Origin: Bacteroidales bacterium
GTDB lineage: Bacteria; Bacteroidota; Bacteroidia; Bacteroidales; UBA932
Direction of reading: 5' to 3'
Length of the DNA: 64,000 bases
Assembly: GCA_017962165.1 (NCBI GenBank)
Contig: JAGCVW010000003.1
Coordinates: 7,065-71,064 of the forward strand
Of the stretch, positions 1 to 10,071 are shown in pieces. Within the stretch, counting starts at the first letter, position 1. Each line of letters starts with the position of its first letter. The notes under the pieces are model-generated. The model was given only the letters and a program-made list of their open reading frames with translations. It ran no database searches and was not told where the DNA came from. The position numbers and the translations under genes were made by a program.

Positions 1-991
1 AGCGGGCGATGACCTCCGAAGAACTGAATTTGGTTTCGCCGTCCAAAATTGCCCTCAGCAGAAATACCTGGAAATTGGTAAGGCCGTTCATCACTGCCAT
101 GAAGCGGGGCTCGTGCATGGCTATAAGCGACAGCATGCTTTCTTCCACTACGGGCGCGGTGATGTAGCCGCGGCTCAAGCCGTCGCAGATAGCGGCGAAG
201 TGGTTCATGTAATAGATGTTGCAGCGGAGCTTCGCACAAACATCCCGTATCAGTTCCTTTTCGATGACCTTCCCGCTTACCAGGAAACCTTTGGTGACAT
301 GGTTTTCGATTTCCTTCACGCTGATAGGCTCGAGCGCGACGCGCGTTACCATCTTGTAAAAGTATCGGCGTTCCTCGAAAATGTCTTTCATGGCGTTGAC
401 CATGCTCCCGATCCATACCCAGCTGCAGGGGCCTTTCGGCGCCTTGCGAACCGTCTCTTCGAAAATCTGAAGGACATGGTCGGGATCGTCGACCAGAAGG
501 ATGTTCTGGAACTCGAACACGCACACGAAAAGTTTTCCGCTGAAATCAGCGGCCAGGCGGTAGGGCAGGTTCAGCGCTGCGCGGAGGCCGGCATCGGTCA
601 GACTCCCGTCGACCGATAGGAAATCGCCTCCGCGGGCGTAGGATTCCGGGTCGAAGCGCAGTCCGCCTCCCAGATGGCGCCCGCAGAGAGCCTGAATCTC
701 CTCCGGGGTCGATGCAAACAGCCCGATGAGGGAAGAGGCGAGCCTGACGGCGAAAGCCTCTACGGTCCTGACGCTCATAAGAGACAAGTCCACCGTGCGG
801 AAATCTCCGCCGGAAGAGCGCATTCCTATGAAGGTCTCGCGAAGAAGGGAGGTCTTGCCTGTCTTGGGAGGTTCGTATACCACGACATTCGCCCCGCGGG
901 TCAGAAGATCCGCAAGTTGCTCCTGCTCGGCGCGCCGGCCGATGAAGCTTTTTCCGGTGACGTAACGGTCGTAAGTAAAGACAGTATCCAT
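1..991 (-). CDS. ATP-binding protein, archaeal-ATPase/STAND-like (3' end runs off window)
   Basis: Not in ORF track; manual translation from ATG 991: MDTVFTYDRYVTGKSFIGRRAEQEQL…VVVYEPPKTGKTSLL…VCVFEFQN; FIGR motif and Walker A-like GKTS. Confidence 0.75.
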   Translation of the reverse strand, partial: MDTVFTYDRYVTGKSFIGRRAEQEQLADLLTRGANVVVYEPPKTGKTSLLRETFIGMRSSGGDFRTVDLSLMSVRTVEAFAVRLASSLIGLFASTPEEIQALCGRHLGGGLRFDPESYARGGDFLSVDGSLTDAGLRAALNLPYRLAADFSGKLFVCVFEFQNILLVDDPDHVLQIFEETVRKAPKGPCSWVWIGSMVNAMKDIFEERRYFYKMVTRVALEPISVKEIENHVTKGFLVSGKVIEKELIRDVCAKLRCNIYYMNHFAAICDGLSRGYITAPVVEESMLSLIAMHEPRFMAVMNGLTNFQVFLLRAILDGETKFSSSEVIAR

Positions 992-1027
992 CGCTAAAAC
1001 AGGCCAAATACAAAATTAGCAAATAAT

Positions 1028-1059
1028 TTTGCATGTGAAAGAAATAATTCCTACTTTTG
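1028..1059 (+). promoter_or_regulatory. Bacteroidetes housekeeping promoter for rplU operon
   Basis: TTTG (1028-1031) plus TACTTTTG (1052-1059), 20-nt spacer. Confidence 0.7.
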
Positions 1060-1153
1060 TCGCCCGTTTTTATAGATGACCGCTGAGCAGGTAAAGAGCA
1101 GCCGCGAGGGCTGACGCTTACGGCCGAAACTTTTTAACAAAGTTTTTTACACA

Positions 1154-1474
1154 ATGTACGCAATCGTAGATATTGCAGGCCAGCAGTTCAAGGTTGAGGC
1201 TGGCAATGAAATCTTCTGCAACCGTCTCCCGGAAGCAAAAGGTGCTGATGTGGAGTTCGACAAGGTCCTCCTCCTCGACAACGAGGGTAAGGTGAAGGTC
1301 GGCGCTCCCTATGTGAAGGGCGTTACCGTCAAGGCAACCGTTCTCGCAGACGACGCAAGGGCTGACAAAGTCCTCGTATTCAAGAAGATCCGTCGCAAAG
1401 GTTTCCAGAAATGCAACGGACACCGTCAGAAACTCTCCAAGATCCGTATCGCAGAGATCGCTATCGCTGCTTAA
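1154..1474 (+). CDS. rplU: 50S ribosomal protein L21
   Basis: [14 protein letters not shown]…[13 protein letters not shown]. Confidence 0.98.
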   Translation: MYAIVDIAGQQFKVEAGNEIFCNRLPEAKGADVEFDKVLLLDNEGKVKVGAPYVKGVTVKATVLADDARADKVLVFKKIRRKGFQKCNGHRQKLSKIRIAEIAIAA

Positions 1475-1487
1475 AACAGAATGAATT

Positions 1488-1748
1488 ATGGCACACAAGA
1501 AAGGACAATCAAGTTCGAAAAACGGTCGTGAATCGCAGAGCAAGCGACTTGGTCTCAAGAAGTTCGGTGGAGAAACCGTAAAGGCTGGCAACATCATCGT
1601 ACGCCAGAGAGGTACGGTCCACAATCCTGACAAGAATGTCGGTATGGGTAAAGACCACACCCTGTATGCCCTCGTGGACGGAACTGTCAAGTTCACCCGC
1701 AAGCGCCAGGACAAGTCTTACGTATCGGTAGTCCCCTTCGAGAACTAA
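1488..1748 (+). CDS. rpmA: 50S ribosomal protein L27
   Basis: [22 protein letters not shown]…IIVRQRGT. Confidence 0.98.
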   Translation: MAHKKGQSSSKNGRESQSKRLGLKKFGGETVKAGNIIVRQRGTVHNPDKNVGMGKDHTLYALVDGTVKFTRKRQDKSYVSVVPFEN

Positions 1749-1764
1749 TCTCAGGGGTTAAATT

Positions 1765-3036
1765 ATGCTTACACTCAAGACGCTGCGCGAAGACCGTGAC
1801 AAGGTCATCGCAAAACTCAAGATCAAGAATTTCGACGCCGCGCCCCTCGTAGACAAGATCATCGAGCTGGACGCGCGTCGCCGTGCCCTCCAGACCGAGA
1901 GCGACGCGCTCCTGTCGGAGCAGAAGCAGAAGGCGGCCGAGATCGGCGCGCTGATGAAGCAGGGTCTCAGGGAAGCGGCCCAGAAGGCCAAGGAGGCGGT
2001 CGCTTCGCTTAAGGCGAAGAGCAACGACCTCCTTGCCCAGATGGACGCCGCCGAGAAGGAACTCGAGAGCAATCTTGTGCTCCTGCCCAACATGCCCTGT
2101 GATCTGGTCGTGCCCGGAAAGGGAGCGGAAGACAACCAGGTAGTGAAGATGGGCGGACCGGAGGTCAATCTTCCGGAAGGCGCCCTTCCTCACTGGGAAC
2201 TCGCAAAGAAGTACGATATCATCGACTTCGACCTGGGAGTCAAGATCACCGGAGCCGGTTTCCCTGTCTACAAAGGCAAGGGAGCTAAGCTCCAGAGGGC
2301 TCTGATCAACTTCTTCCTGGACTGCAACACAGCAGCCGGGTACAAGGAAGTGGAGCCCCCGGTGATGGTCAACAAAGACTCGGGCTTCGGTACCGGCCAG
2401 CTTCCCGACAAGGAAGGCCAAATGTATCACGCCGAGGTGGACGACTTCTATATGGTCCCCACCGCCGAGGTGCCCGTCACCAACATCTTCCGTGACGTGA
2501 TCCTTGCAGAAAACGAGATTCCGCAGCGTCTTACCGCTTATACTCCCTGCTTCCGCCGCGAAGCCGGCTCCTATGGCAAGGATGTAAGAGGATTGAATCG
2601 CCTCCATCAGTTCGACAAAGTCGAAATCGTGCGCGTTGAGAAGCCCGAGGACAGCTATCAGGCCCTCGACGATATGGTAGCGCACGTAGAGTCGCTGGTT
2701 AACAAACTCGGCCTGAAGTACAGGATCCTTCGCCTTTGCGGCGGGGACATGAGCTTCACGAGCGCCATTACCTACGACTTCGAGCTCTGGAGCGCGGCCC
2801 AGGGCCGCTGGCTCGAAATCTCCTCGGTGAGCAACTTCGAGACCTATCAGGCCAACCGCCTCCATCTCCGCTATCGCGACGCCGAAGGCAAGACCCGGCT
2901 CGCCCATACTCTCAACGGCAGCTCGCTCGCCCTTCCGCGAGTAGTGGCGGCGCTTCTCGAAGACAATCAGACTCCGGACGGTATAGTCATCCCCGAAGTC
3001 CTGCGTACATACACAGGCTTCGACAAGATTGACTAA
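1765..3036 (+). CDS. serS: serine--tRNA ligase
   Basis: N-terminal coiled coil, PTAEVP, CFRREAG…RLHQFDKVE, EISSVSN, TLNGS. Confidence 0.97.
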   Translation: MLTLKTLREDRDKVIAKLKIKNFDAAPLVDKIIELDARRRALQTESDALLSEQKQKAAEIGALMKQGLREAAQKAKEAVASLKAKSNDLLAQMDAAEKELESNLVLLPNMPCDLVVPGKGAEDNQVVKMGGPEVNLPEGALPHWELAKKYDIIDFDLGVKITGAGFPVYKGKGAKLQRALINFFLDCNTAAGYKEVEPPVMVNKDSGFGTGQLPDKEGQMYHAEVDDFYMVPTAEVPVTNIFRDVILAENEIPQRLTAYTPCFRREAGSYGKDVRGLNRLHQFDKVEIVRVEKPEDSYQALDDMVAHVESLVNKLGLKYRILRLCGGDMSFTSAITYDFELWSAAQGRWLEISSVSNFETYQANRLHLRYRDAEGKTRLAHTLNGSSLALPRVVAALLEDNQTPDGIVIPEVLRTYTGFDKID

Positions 3037-3586
3037 GTCCGGCACCATACTCGGAATCGATCCCGGAACCAACCTGCTTGGTTTCGGGGTCGTCCGTATA
3101 AATGCATCGGGAAAGCCCGAATATGTGGACATGGGCGTTCTCGACATCCGCCGCGAAACAGACCCTTACGCGAAACTCGCCCGCATCAACGAGTTCGTGG
3201 ACGGCCTCTGCAAATCCTACAGCCCGGATTGGATGGCCATAGAGTCGCCCTTCCTCGACAAGAATGCCCAGGTCATCTTCAAACTGGGCCGGGCGCAGGG
3301 CGCAGCCATGGTCGCCGCCGCACGTAACGGTGTGGAAATCACCGAGTACGCGCCGCGAAAGGCCAAGATCGCAATCTGCGGAAACGGCTCCGCATCGAAG
3401 GAGCAGGTAAGCACCATGGTGCAGAAAACCCTTGGCATAAATATTGATACGAAGCACCTGGACGCAACGGACGCCCTGGCGATCGCCATGTGTCACTATT
3501 ACCAGCTTTCGAGCCCGCTTACAAGTACAAAAGGCGGTGATTCGTGGGCCAAGTTTATCAAAGACAACCCCGGAAGGGTAAAGTAA
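3029..3586 (+). CDS. ruvC: Holliday junction resolvase RuvC
   Basis: ILGIDPG, AIESPF, ASKEQV, DATDALAIA; TTG start overlapping serS. Confidence 0.95.
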   Translation: MTKSGTILGIDPGTNLLGFGVVRINASGKPEYVDMGVLDIRRETDPYAKLARINEFVDGLCKSYSPDWMAIESPFLDKNAQVIFKLGRAQGAAMVAAARNGVEITEYAPRKAKIAICGNGSASKEQVSTMVQKTLGINIDTKHLDATDALAIAMCHYYQLSSPLTSTKGGDSWAKFIKDNPGRVK

Positions 3587-3591
3587 AAAGA

Positions 3592-6486
3592 ATGAATCTG
3601 AGCCTTAAAGTTGCAGCGCTCCTGCTCTTCGCAGGCGTGTTCGCGCATGCCCAGGCCTATTCGGTGAAGGCCGTCCTCAAAGATTCCCAGTCCGGCGAAG
3701 CCGTCGGTTTCGCAACAGTCTCTCTGCACAACCCCTCGGACGACAAGGGTATTGCCTATGAGCTCAGTGAAGAGAACGGAAAGGCCACCCTTACCGGAAT
3801 CAAGAACGGCCAGTATGTATTCAAGGCCGAAATCCTCGGATACAAAAAGTACGAGAAGAAGATAGAAGTCAAGGACGCCGACCTCGACCTCGGAACAATC
3901 AAACTCTCTCCGGACACCCGCATGCTCGACGCTGCGAAGATCACCGACCGCGGCAACCCCATCCAGATGAAGCGCGACACAATCTCCTTCACCGCTTCGA
4001 CTTTCAAGACTACAGACAACGACATGCTCGAGGACCTTCTGAAAAAGATCCCCGGAATGGAAATATCCGAAAACGCCACCATCACCCACAACGGCAAGGA
4101 AATCAGCAAGATCACCATCGACGGAAAGACATTTTTCCTGAACGACCCCCAGGTCGCCACCAAGAACCTTCCCGCCAAGATAGTGGACAAGCTCCGCGTC
4201 GTTGAGAAGAAATCCGATCAGGCCGAATTCACCGGCATAGACGACGGCGAAGAGGAGACTATCCTCGACCTCAGCATCAAGCCCGGCATGATGAACGGCA
4301 TGTTCGGAAACGTGATGGGCGGCCTCGGCCACGACACCGACCTCCAGAACGGCGACTGGCGCTGGCAGACCGGCGGATTCGTCGGCAATTTCTCCACGGA
4401 CCTTCAGGTCAGCGGAGTATTCAACGCCAACAACACCAACAACCGCGGCTTCAACGACCTTGCCGGCAGTATGATGGGCGGCATGCGCGGCGGCGGCATG
4501 GGCGGCCCCGGAATGGGCATGGGCCAGGGCGGCTGGGGCCAGCGCAACGGCATCACGACCTCCTACATGGGCGGCCTCAACGTGGGCACCAACCTGTTCG
4601 AAGACAGGATGGAACTCAGCGGCAACTACCTCTACAATGGAACTGAGCAGACGGTCGAGGAAACCTCGGCGCGTACCACCCACCTCGAGGATTCCGACCT
4701 CATCTACAATTCCAGCGGCAACAGCGTCACGGGCACCCGCGGCCACCGCTTCGGAATGCGCATGGAGCACAAATTCTCCGACAACACCTCGCTGATCTTC
4801 GAGCCGCGCATCAACTTCGGCGGCGGCGGATTCTCCGAGGAAGACAAGACTTCGACACTTACCCGCACCCTCGCTACGGACGCAGTCGACTCGACCAACG
4901 TCAGCGAGAAACTCAACACAGGCGAGAACAAGAACCTTTCGGCCAGCGGCTTCGCCATCCTGCGCCAGAAACTCGGCATCCCGGGCCGCACCCTTACGGT
5001 CATGGGCCGCTTCTCCGCCAGCCAGAACAGGACCGACGGTGTAAACCGATCCAACACCAAGCTGTTTGGCGCCACCCCGGTTACGGAAACGGTCAACGAC
5101 AGCTACACCCAGACCCAGAATTCCTACAGCGCCTTCGCCCGCGCCACCTTCACCCAGCCTCTCGTAGAGAACCTCTACGCCGAGGTCAACCTCGCCTACA
5201 ACTGGAGCAAGTCGCTCTCCGACAAGGAGACGATCGACCTCGGAACGGGCCTGGTCAGGGACAGCTACTCGAACCACATCACCAACGATTTCTCCAGCGA
5301 GGAGGCCGGCGCCAACCTGCTCTACCAGAAGGAAAGCTTCCGCGCCCAGCTGGGCTTCGCCGTGATTCCAAGCAAGACCCACAACTACACCCAGAGCGGA
5401 GCTGCCTACAAGGTCGACACGACCATCACCCGTTTCAACTGGTCGCCTACGGCCATGGTGTTCGGCGAGATAGGGGAGAACGGCAGCGTGCGCCTCTTCT
5501 ACCGCGGACGTTCCCAGACCCCGTCGACCAACCAGTTGATTACCGTCGCCGACAACTCCAACCCTCTGGCCGTTTCGTTCGGTAATCCCAACCTGGCGCC
5601 GTATTTCTCGCACAACCTCAACGGCGACATACGCTACAACAACAAGAAGACCTTCGCTTCGGTCAATGCCCGCATCAACGGCTCCTACACCCAGGATCCC
5701 ATCGTTAATGCCAACTGGTACACGGGCGGTGTCACATATTCGATGCCGATCAATGGCCCTGCCAGCATGAGCTTCGGCGGCAACGTATTCGCCAACATAC
5801 CCATTCCCAAGACCAACTTCACGGTCGCTAACATGCTCCGCGTGAACTGGTCGCAGAATTCCAGCTATGTGGGGAAGGACATCAACACGGCGACCTACCT
5901 GAACGAAGACGGCTCGCTCAACTACACCAAGTTCTTCGCGGATTATGACATTATCAAGCCCAAGCTTACGGAGAACGAGACCAGTACTACGAGCTTTACG
6001 GAGCGCCTCCGCGTGACCTACCGCATCGACGCACTGGAATTCCAGGTCTCAGGCCGCACCCGCATGAGCCATACCGATTACGTCCTTGCCGACACACGTT
6101 CGCAGACCACTACCTGGAACAACGAAATCTCCGCCAACAGCACCTGGACCCACGACCTTGCGGGCCTCAGCCTCAAGGGAGAGTTCATGTACCACTGGTA
6201 CAGGGGCTATGCGACGCAGCAGCCGGACGAGTACATCCTCAACGCCGAGATTTCCAAGCAGATCTTCAAGCGCAAGGCTACGGTCTCCCTCAAGGGTTAC
6301 GACATCCTCGGCCAGGCCAAGAACATCACGGTGTCCGATTCCGGAAACGTCCACACCGAGTCGCTGAACAACACCCTCGGCCGCTACGTGATCCTGTCCT
6401 TCACTTACAGGTTCGGAACCTTCGACCGCAGCAAAATGAAAGGTCCCGGCGGACGCGGTCCCGGAGGCCCGCCCCCGATGAGATAG
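3592..6486 (+). CDS. outer-membrane beta-barrel protein with N-terminal carboxypeptidase-regulatory-like domain (TonB-dependent receptor-like)
   Basis: Signal peptide from ATG 3592; DTISF…EDLLKKIPG, GNPNLAPYFSH, terminal strand YVILSFTYRF. Confidence 0.8.
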   Translation: MNLSLKVAALLLFAGVFAHAQAYSVKAVLKDSQSGEAVGFATVSLHNPSDDKGIAYELSEENGKATLTGIKNGQYVFKAEILGYKKYEKKIEVKDADLDLGTIKLSPDTRMLDAAKITDRGNPIQMKRDTISFTASTFKTTDNDMLEDLLKKIPGMEISENATITHNGKEISKITIDGKTFFLNDPQVATKNLPAKIVDKLRVVEKKSDQAEFTGIDDGEEETILDLSIKPGMMNGMFGNVMGGLGHDTDLQNGDWRWQTGGFVGNFSTDLQVSGVFNANNTNNRGFNDLAGSMMGGMRGGGMGGPGMGMGQGGWGQRNGITTSYMGGLNVGTNLFEDRMELSGNYLYNGTEQTVEETSARTTHLEDSDLIYNSSGNSVTGTRGHRFGMRMEHKFSDNTSLIFEPRINFGGGGFSEEDKTSTLTRTLATDAVDSTNVSEKLNTGENKNLSASGFAILRQKLGIPGRTLTVMGRFSASQNRTDGVNRSNTKLFGATPVTETVNDSYTQTQNSYSAFARATFTQPLVENLYAEVNLAYNWSKSLSDKETIDLGTGLVRDSYSNHITNDFSSEEAGANLLYQKESFRAQLGFAVIPSKTHNYTQSGAAYKVDTTITRFNWSPTAMVFGEIGENGSVRLFYRGRSQTPSTNQLITVADNSNPLAVSFGNPNLAPYFSHNLNGDIRYNNKKTFASVNARINGSYTQDPIVNANWYTGGVTYSMPINGPASMSFGGNVFANIPIPKTNFTVANMLRVNWSQNSSYVGKDINTATYLNEDGSLNYTKFFADYDIIKPKLTENETSTTSFTERLRVTYRIDALEFQVSGRTRMSHTDYVLADTRSQTTTWNNEISANSTWTHDLAGLSLKGEFMYHWYRGYATQQPDEYILNAEISKQIFKRKATVSLKGYDILGQAKNITVSDSGNVHTESLNNTLGRYVILSFTYRFGTFDRSKMKGPGGRGPGGPPPMR

Positions 6487-6516
6487 TGACAAATATATTT
6501 TGTATATTTGTGCATT

Positions 6517-7323
6517 ATGACTGAAAAGAAACAAATGAACTGGGTCATAAAGAATCTTCTTTGTGGCCTTGTTTTTATTCTGGCGATATCGGGGGCCGTG
6601 TGGCTGTTCCTCCACATCACCACCCAGCACTATACTTCCGTGGACGTGCCCGACATGGTGGGCATGCAGCTTTCGGATGCCGAGGCGCTTGCCCAGAAAG
6701 GCAAGCTGGAGCTTTACGTGACGGATTCAGTGTTCGTGAGCAGCTTTGCCAAGGGCAGCGTCTATGCCCAGAACCCCAAGGCCGGCAACAAAGTGAAGAG
6801 GGGCCGCAAGATATACCTGACAGTCAACGCGAAGAAGGAGAAGCAGGCCGAGGTGCCCAGCCTCGTGGGCCTGTCGCTCCGCCAGGCGAAGGTGGAGCTT
6901 ACGACCCGCGGGCTCAAGCTCGGCCGCCTCAGGTATGTGGACGACATGGCGACGAACCTGGTGCTTGCCCAGCTCTATAAGGGCCAGGAAATAGCTCCCG
7001 GGACAAGCGTGGACGTGGGGACTGTAATCGACCTCAAACTTGGCCTGAACAGGGCCGACGGCTTTACGACCATGCCGGACTTCTCCCGAATGGAGTACCG
7101 CCGCGCGCTGAACTACCTTCAGGACAATTCCTTCAACCTCGGCAAGGTCGTCTTCGACAGCTCGGTCAAGACCGCCGAAGACACCCTCGCCGCCATGGTC
7201 TACCGCCAGAGCCCTGCGGCCGGAGCGGAAGAAATCATACTCGGCAGTTCCGTGACCCTCTACTTCACGGTCGACGAGAAACGCCTGCCGGCCCTTCCCG
7301 AAGAACCTGAAATCGAGGAATAA
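6517..7323 (+). CDS. PASTA domain-containing membrane protein
   Basis: N-terminal TM helix, three repeats VPDMVG/VPSLVG/MPDFSR…QNP/QSP. Confidence 0.85.
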   Translation: MTEKKQMNWVIKNLLCGLVFILAISGAVWLFLHITTQHYTSVDVPDMVGMQLSDAEALAQKGKLELYVTDSVFVSSFAKGSVYAQNPKAGNKVKRGRKIYLTVNAKKEKQAEVPSLVGLSLRQAKVELTTRGLKLGRLRYVDDMATNLVLAQLYKGQEIAPGTSVDVGTVIDLKLGLNRADGFTTMPDFSRMEYRRALNYLQDNSFNLGKVVFDSSVKTAEDTLAAMVYRQSPAAGAEEIILGSSVTLYFTVDEKRLPALPEEPEIEE

Positions 7324-8414
7324 TGGCAGACTGGCTGGACAACGCATTCGATACCGAAGAGGCAGACCTTGTCGAAGGAGAAGCCCAGGGGCAGGAAATG
7401 TTCGAGCATTTCCGCCTTTCGGTGGATGCCGGCCAGGCCCCGATACGTATCGACAAATACATGTCGGAGCATCTGGAGGACACCTCCAGAAACAGAATCC
7501 AGCTTGCCATCAAGGAAGGCTATGTCCATGTCGCGGACAAGCCGGTTAAAGCCAACTACATAGTCCGCCCCGGAGACATCATCCGCTTCGTGATGCCATA
7601 CAGGCGCCGCGGGGTAGACATTATCCCGCAGGACATTCCTCTTGATATAGTCTATGAAGACGAAGACGTGCTGGTAGTGAACAAGCCTGCCGGGATGGTG
7701 GTCCATCCGGGCCACGGCCATTTCGAGGGGACTCTTGTCAACGCGCTGGCCTTCCACCTTGGGCTGAAGCCGGGGGAGGTGCAGGACGACGAACGCATGG
7801 GCCTTCTTGTCCACCGCATCGACAAGGACACTTCAGGCCTTCTTCTCATTGCCAAGAACGAACAGGCCCAGCTCCGGCTCGCGAAGCAGTTCTACGAACA
7901 CACAATCGAGCGCAGATACAACGCCGTCGTATGGGGCAATATCACCGAAGACGAAGGAACGATTGACGCCCCGATAAGCCGCGACCAGAACGACCGCCTG
8001 CGTTTCCGAGTGTGCGACGATCCCGAAAAGGGCAAGCATGCGGTGACCCATTTCCGGGTTCTCGAGCGCTTCGGCTACGTAACCTTCGTGGAGTGCCGCC
8101 TCGAGACAGGAAGGACTCACCAGATCCGCGTTCATATGTCGCATATCGGCCATCCGCTGTTCGCAGACGAGCGCTATGGTGGGATGGAGATACGCAAGGG
8201 AACGATTTATGCAAAGTACAGGCAGTTCATTCGCAACTGCTTTGAGATATGCCCGCGCCAGGCGCTCCATGCCAGGACGCTGGGTTTCGTACATCCGACA
8301 AGCGGGAAACTGCTGCAGTTCGATTCGGCGCTGCCGGACGACATGACCCGCCTGCTGGACAAATGGCGCCGCTACTGCGGCAACATGCCCGAAGAAGAGA
8401 CAGAAGATGAATAA
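7323..8414 (+). CDS. rluD: RluA-family 23S rRNA pseudouridine synthase (RluD-like, S4 domain)
   Basis: VNKPAGMVVHP, VHRIDKDTSG, TGRTHQIRVH. Confidence 0.9.
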   Translation: MADWLDNAFDTEEADLVEGEAQGQEMFEHFRLSVDAGQAPIRIDKYMSEHLEDTSRNRIQLAIKEGYVHVADKPVKANYIVRPGDIIRFVMPYRRRGVDIIPQDIPLDIVYEDEDVLVVNKPAGMVVHPGHGHFEGTLVNALAFHLGLKPGEVQDDERMGLLVHRIDKDTSGLLLIAKNEQAQLRLAKQFYEHTIERRYNAVVWGNITEDEGTIDAPISRDQNDRLRFRVCDDPEKGKHAVTHFRVLERFGYVTFVECRLETGRTHQIRVHMSHIGHPLFADERYGGMEIRKGTIYAKYRQFIRNCFEICPRQALHARTLGFVHPTSGKLLQFDSALPDDMTRLLDKWRRYCGNMPEEETEDE

Positions 8415-10071
8415 GGATAAACGATTGATAGCTCTGCTGCTCGCCGCGTTCGCGGTGCTGATCAGCCTGCCGTGGCTCGTGCCCCATGTGGGGGTGCTGG
8501 CTCTGGTGGCTATCGTGCCCCTGCTCTGCGCGGAGCGCATTGCTACAGGACTCGGCATAAAGCACTTCTTCTGGTGGTACTACGCCGCGTTCGTGGTCTT
8601 CAACGCCCTGACGACCTGGTGGGTCTGCAAAGCCACTGTCGGCGGCGGAATCTTCGCCTGCCTTGCAAACGCCCTGCAGATGGCCGTAATATTCGGCCTG
8701 TTCCGCATCAGCCGCAGGCGCTTCTCCGGAGTGCTGCCTTACATCTTCCTCGCTGCGATGTGGATAGCCTGGGAGCGTTTCTACCTGGTCATGGCCTCGA
8801 TAAGCTGGCCATGGCTGTGCCTGGGCAACGCCTTCGCGCAGTCTACCCGCCTTATCCAGTGGTACGAGTGGACAGGCATGCTCGGAGGCTCGCTGTGGGT
8901 ATGGACAGTCAACCTCGGCCTCTTCGGCCTTATGGTAGCCCTCTCCAACGGCTTCTGGGAGCGCTGGACCCCCAAAGCCCATGTGGCTTCCATCGCTGGC
9001 CTTGCTCTTATTATCGCCGGCCCGATAGTAGCATCTTCCGTGCTCTACCGCCACTGCGAAGAGCGTTCGGATGCCGGGACCCTGGATGTAGTGATGGCCC
9101 AGTCGAACTTCGACCCGTGGCAGAAGAAGCGCGCGGTTCCCCAGTGGGAGCAGAACGCTCAGGTCATTGAGTTGTTCCGGGGCGAATTGAACGGCCGTGC
9201 TGACGATTCGGAGTTCTCCCTGATGGTGCTTCCCGAGACTTTTACCTCGGACATCTGGGCGGGCGAAGAGAAGAAATCCCCGACATGGCAGGCCTTCAGC
9301 GGCATGACAAGGTCTTATCCAAATGTCAACCTGATCTTCGGGGCTTCCGTCCATAAGGCATTCTACAGAGCCTCCAGACCGCATATTTTAGCACGGCCTT
9401 TTGCTAACGGAAACGGCTGGTACCTCAATTACAATTCGGCCTATATTACCGACAGCACCGGCCGCACAGACCGCGTGGACAAGAGTAAGCTGGTAGTGGG
9501 AACGGAACTTACCCCCTTCCCGAAGATATTCGTGCCTTTCGACAACTGGCTCAGCAAGGTCCTCGGCGCACCCGGCGGACTGATGGGCCGCTGCGTGCCG
9601 CAGGGAGAGGCGCGCCTTCTCGAGGCGCGCGAGTACGGCCCCGACGGCCAGCCCGTCCGCCGGGTGCCCATCGGAGTGCCGATCTGCTACGAGTCCATCT
9701 ATCCCGAATGGTGCAGGGGCTATGTGCAGAAAGGCGCTACCCTGATATCTGTGATTACCAATGACGGATGGTGGGGCGACACCCCCGGTTACAGGCAGCA
9801 TTTCAGCTATTCGCGGCTGAGGGCCATAGAACTGCGCCGCGACATAGCGCGCTGCGCCAATACCGGAATCTCCGCTTTCATCGACCAGAGGGGAGAGGTG
9901 GTGGAGCAGTCCGGATGGTGGGTGCCCTACCTGCTCCATGGCAGGGTAAACCTGACCGAGCGTCAGACTTTCTTCGCCCGCTATGGTGATATTGTCGGCA
10001 GACTTTGTACATTTGTATTCGTGCTGATGGCGCTCGCGCTGCTCGTCAGGCTGTTTATAAGGAAGAAATGA
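8407..10071 (+). CDS. lnt: apolipoprotein N-acyltransferase
   Basis: Multi-TM N-terminus; nitrilase triad LPET / KSKLV / ICYES; ITNDGWWG, RCANTGISA. Confidence 0.9.
   Translation: MNKDKRLIALLLAAFAVLISLPWLVPHVGVLALVAIVPLLCAERIATGLGIKHFFWWYYAAFVVFNALTTWWVCKATVGGGIFACLANALQMAVIFGLFRISRRRFSGVLPYIFLAAMWIAWERFYLVMASISWPWLCLGNAFAQSTRLIQWYEWTGMLGGSLWVWTVNLGLFGLMVALSNGFWERWTPKAHVASIAGLALIIAGPIVASSVLYRHCEERSDAGTLDVVMAQSNFDPWQKKRAVPQWEQNAQVIELFRGELNGRADDSEFSLMVLPETFTSDIWAGEEKKSPTWQAFSGMTRSYPNVNLIFGASVHKAFYRASRPHILARPFANGNGWYLNYNSAYITDSTGRTDRVDKSKLVVGTELTPFPKIFVPFDNWLSKVLGAPGGLMGRCVPQGEARLLEAREYGPDGQPVRRVPIGVPICYESIYPEWCRGYVQKGATLISVITNDGWWGDTPGYRQHFSYSRLRAIELRRDIARCANTGISAFIDQRGEVVEQSGWWVPYLLHGRVNLTERQTFFARYGDIVGRLCTFVFVLMALALLVRLFIRKK

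Noticed and set aside
1073-1146. Hammerhead-like look of the rplU leader (GATGA…GAAAC)
   Set aside because: Core reads UAGAUGA rather than CUGANGA and stem I cannot form
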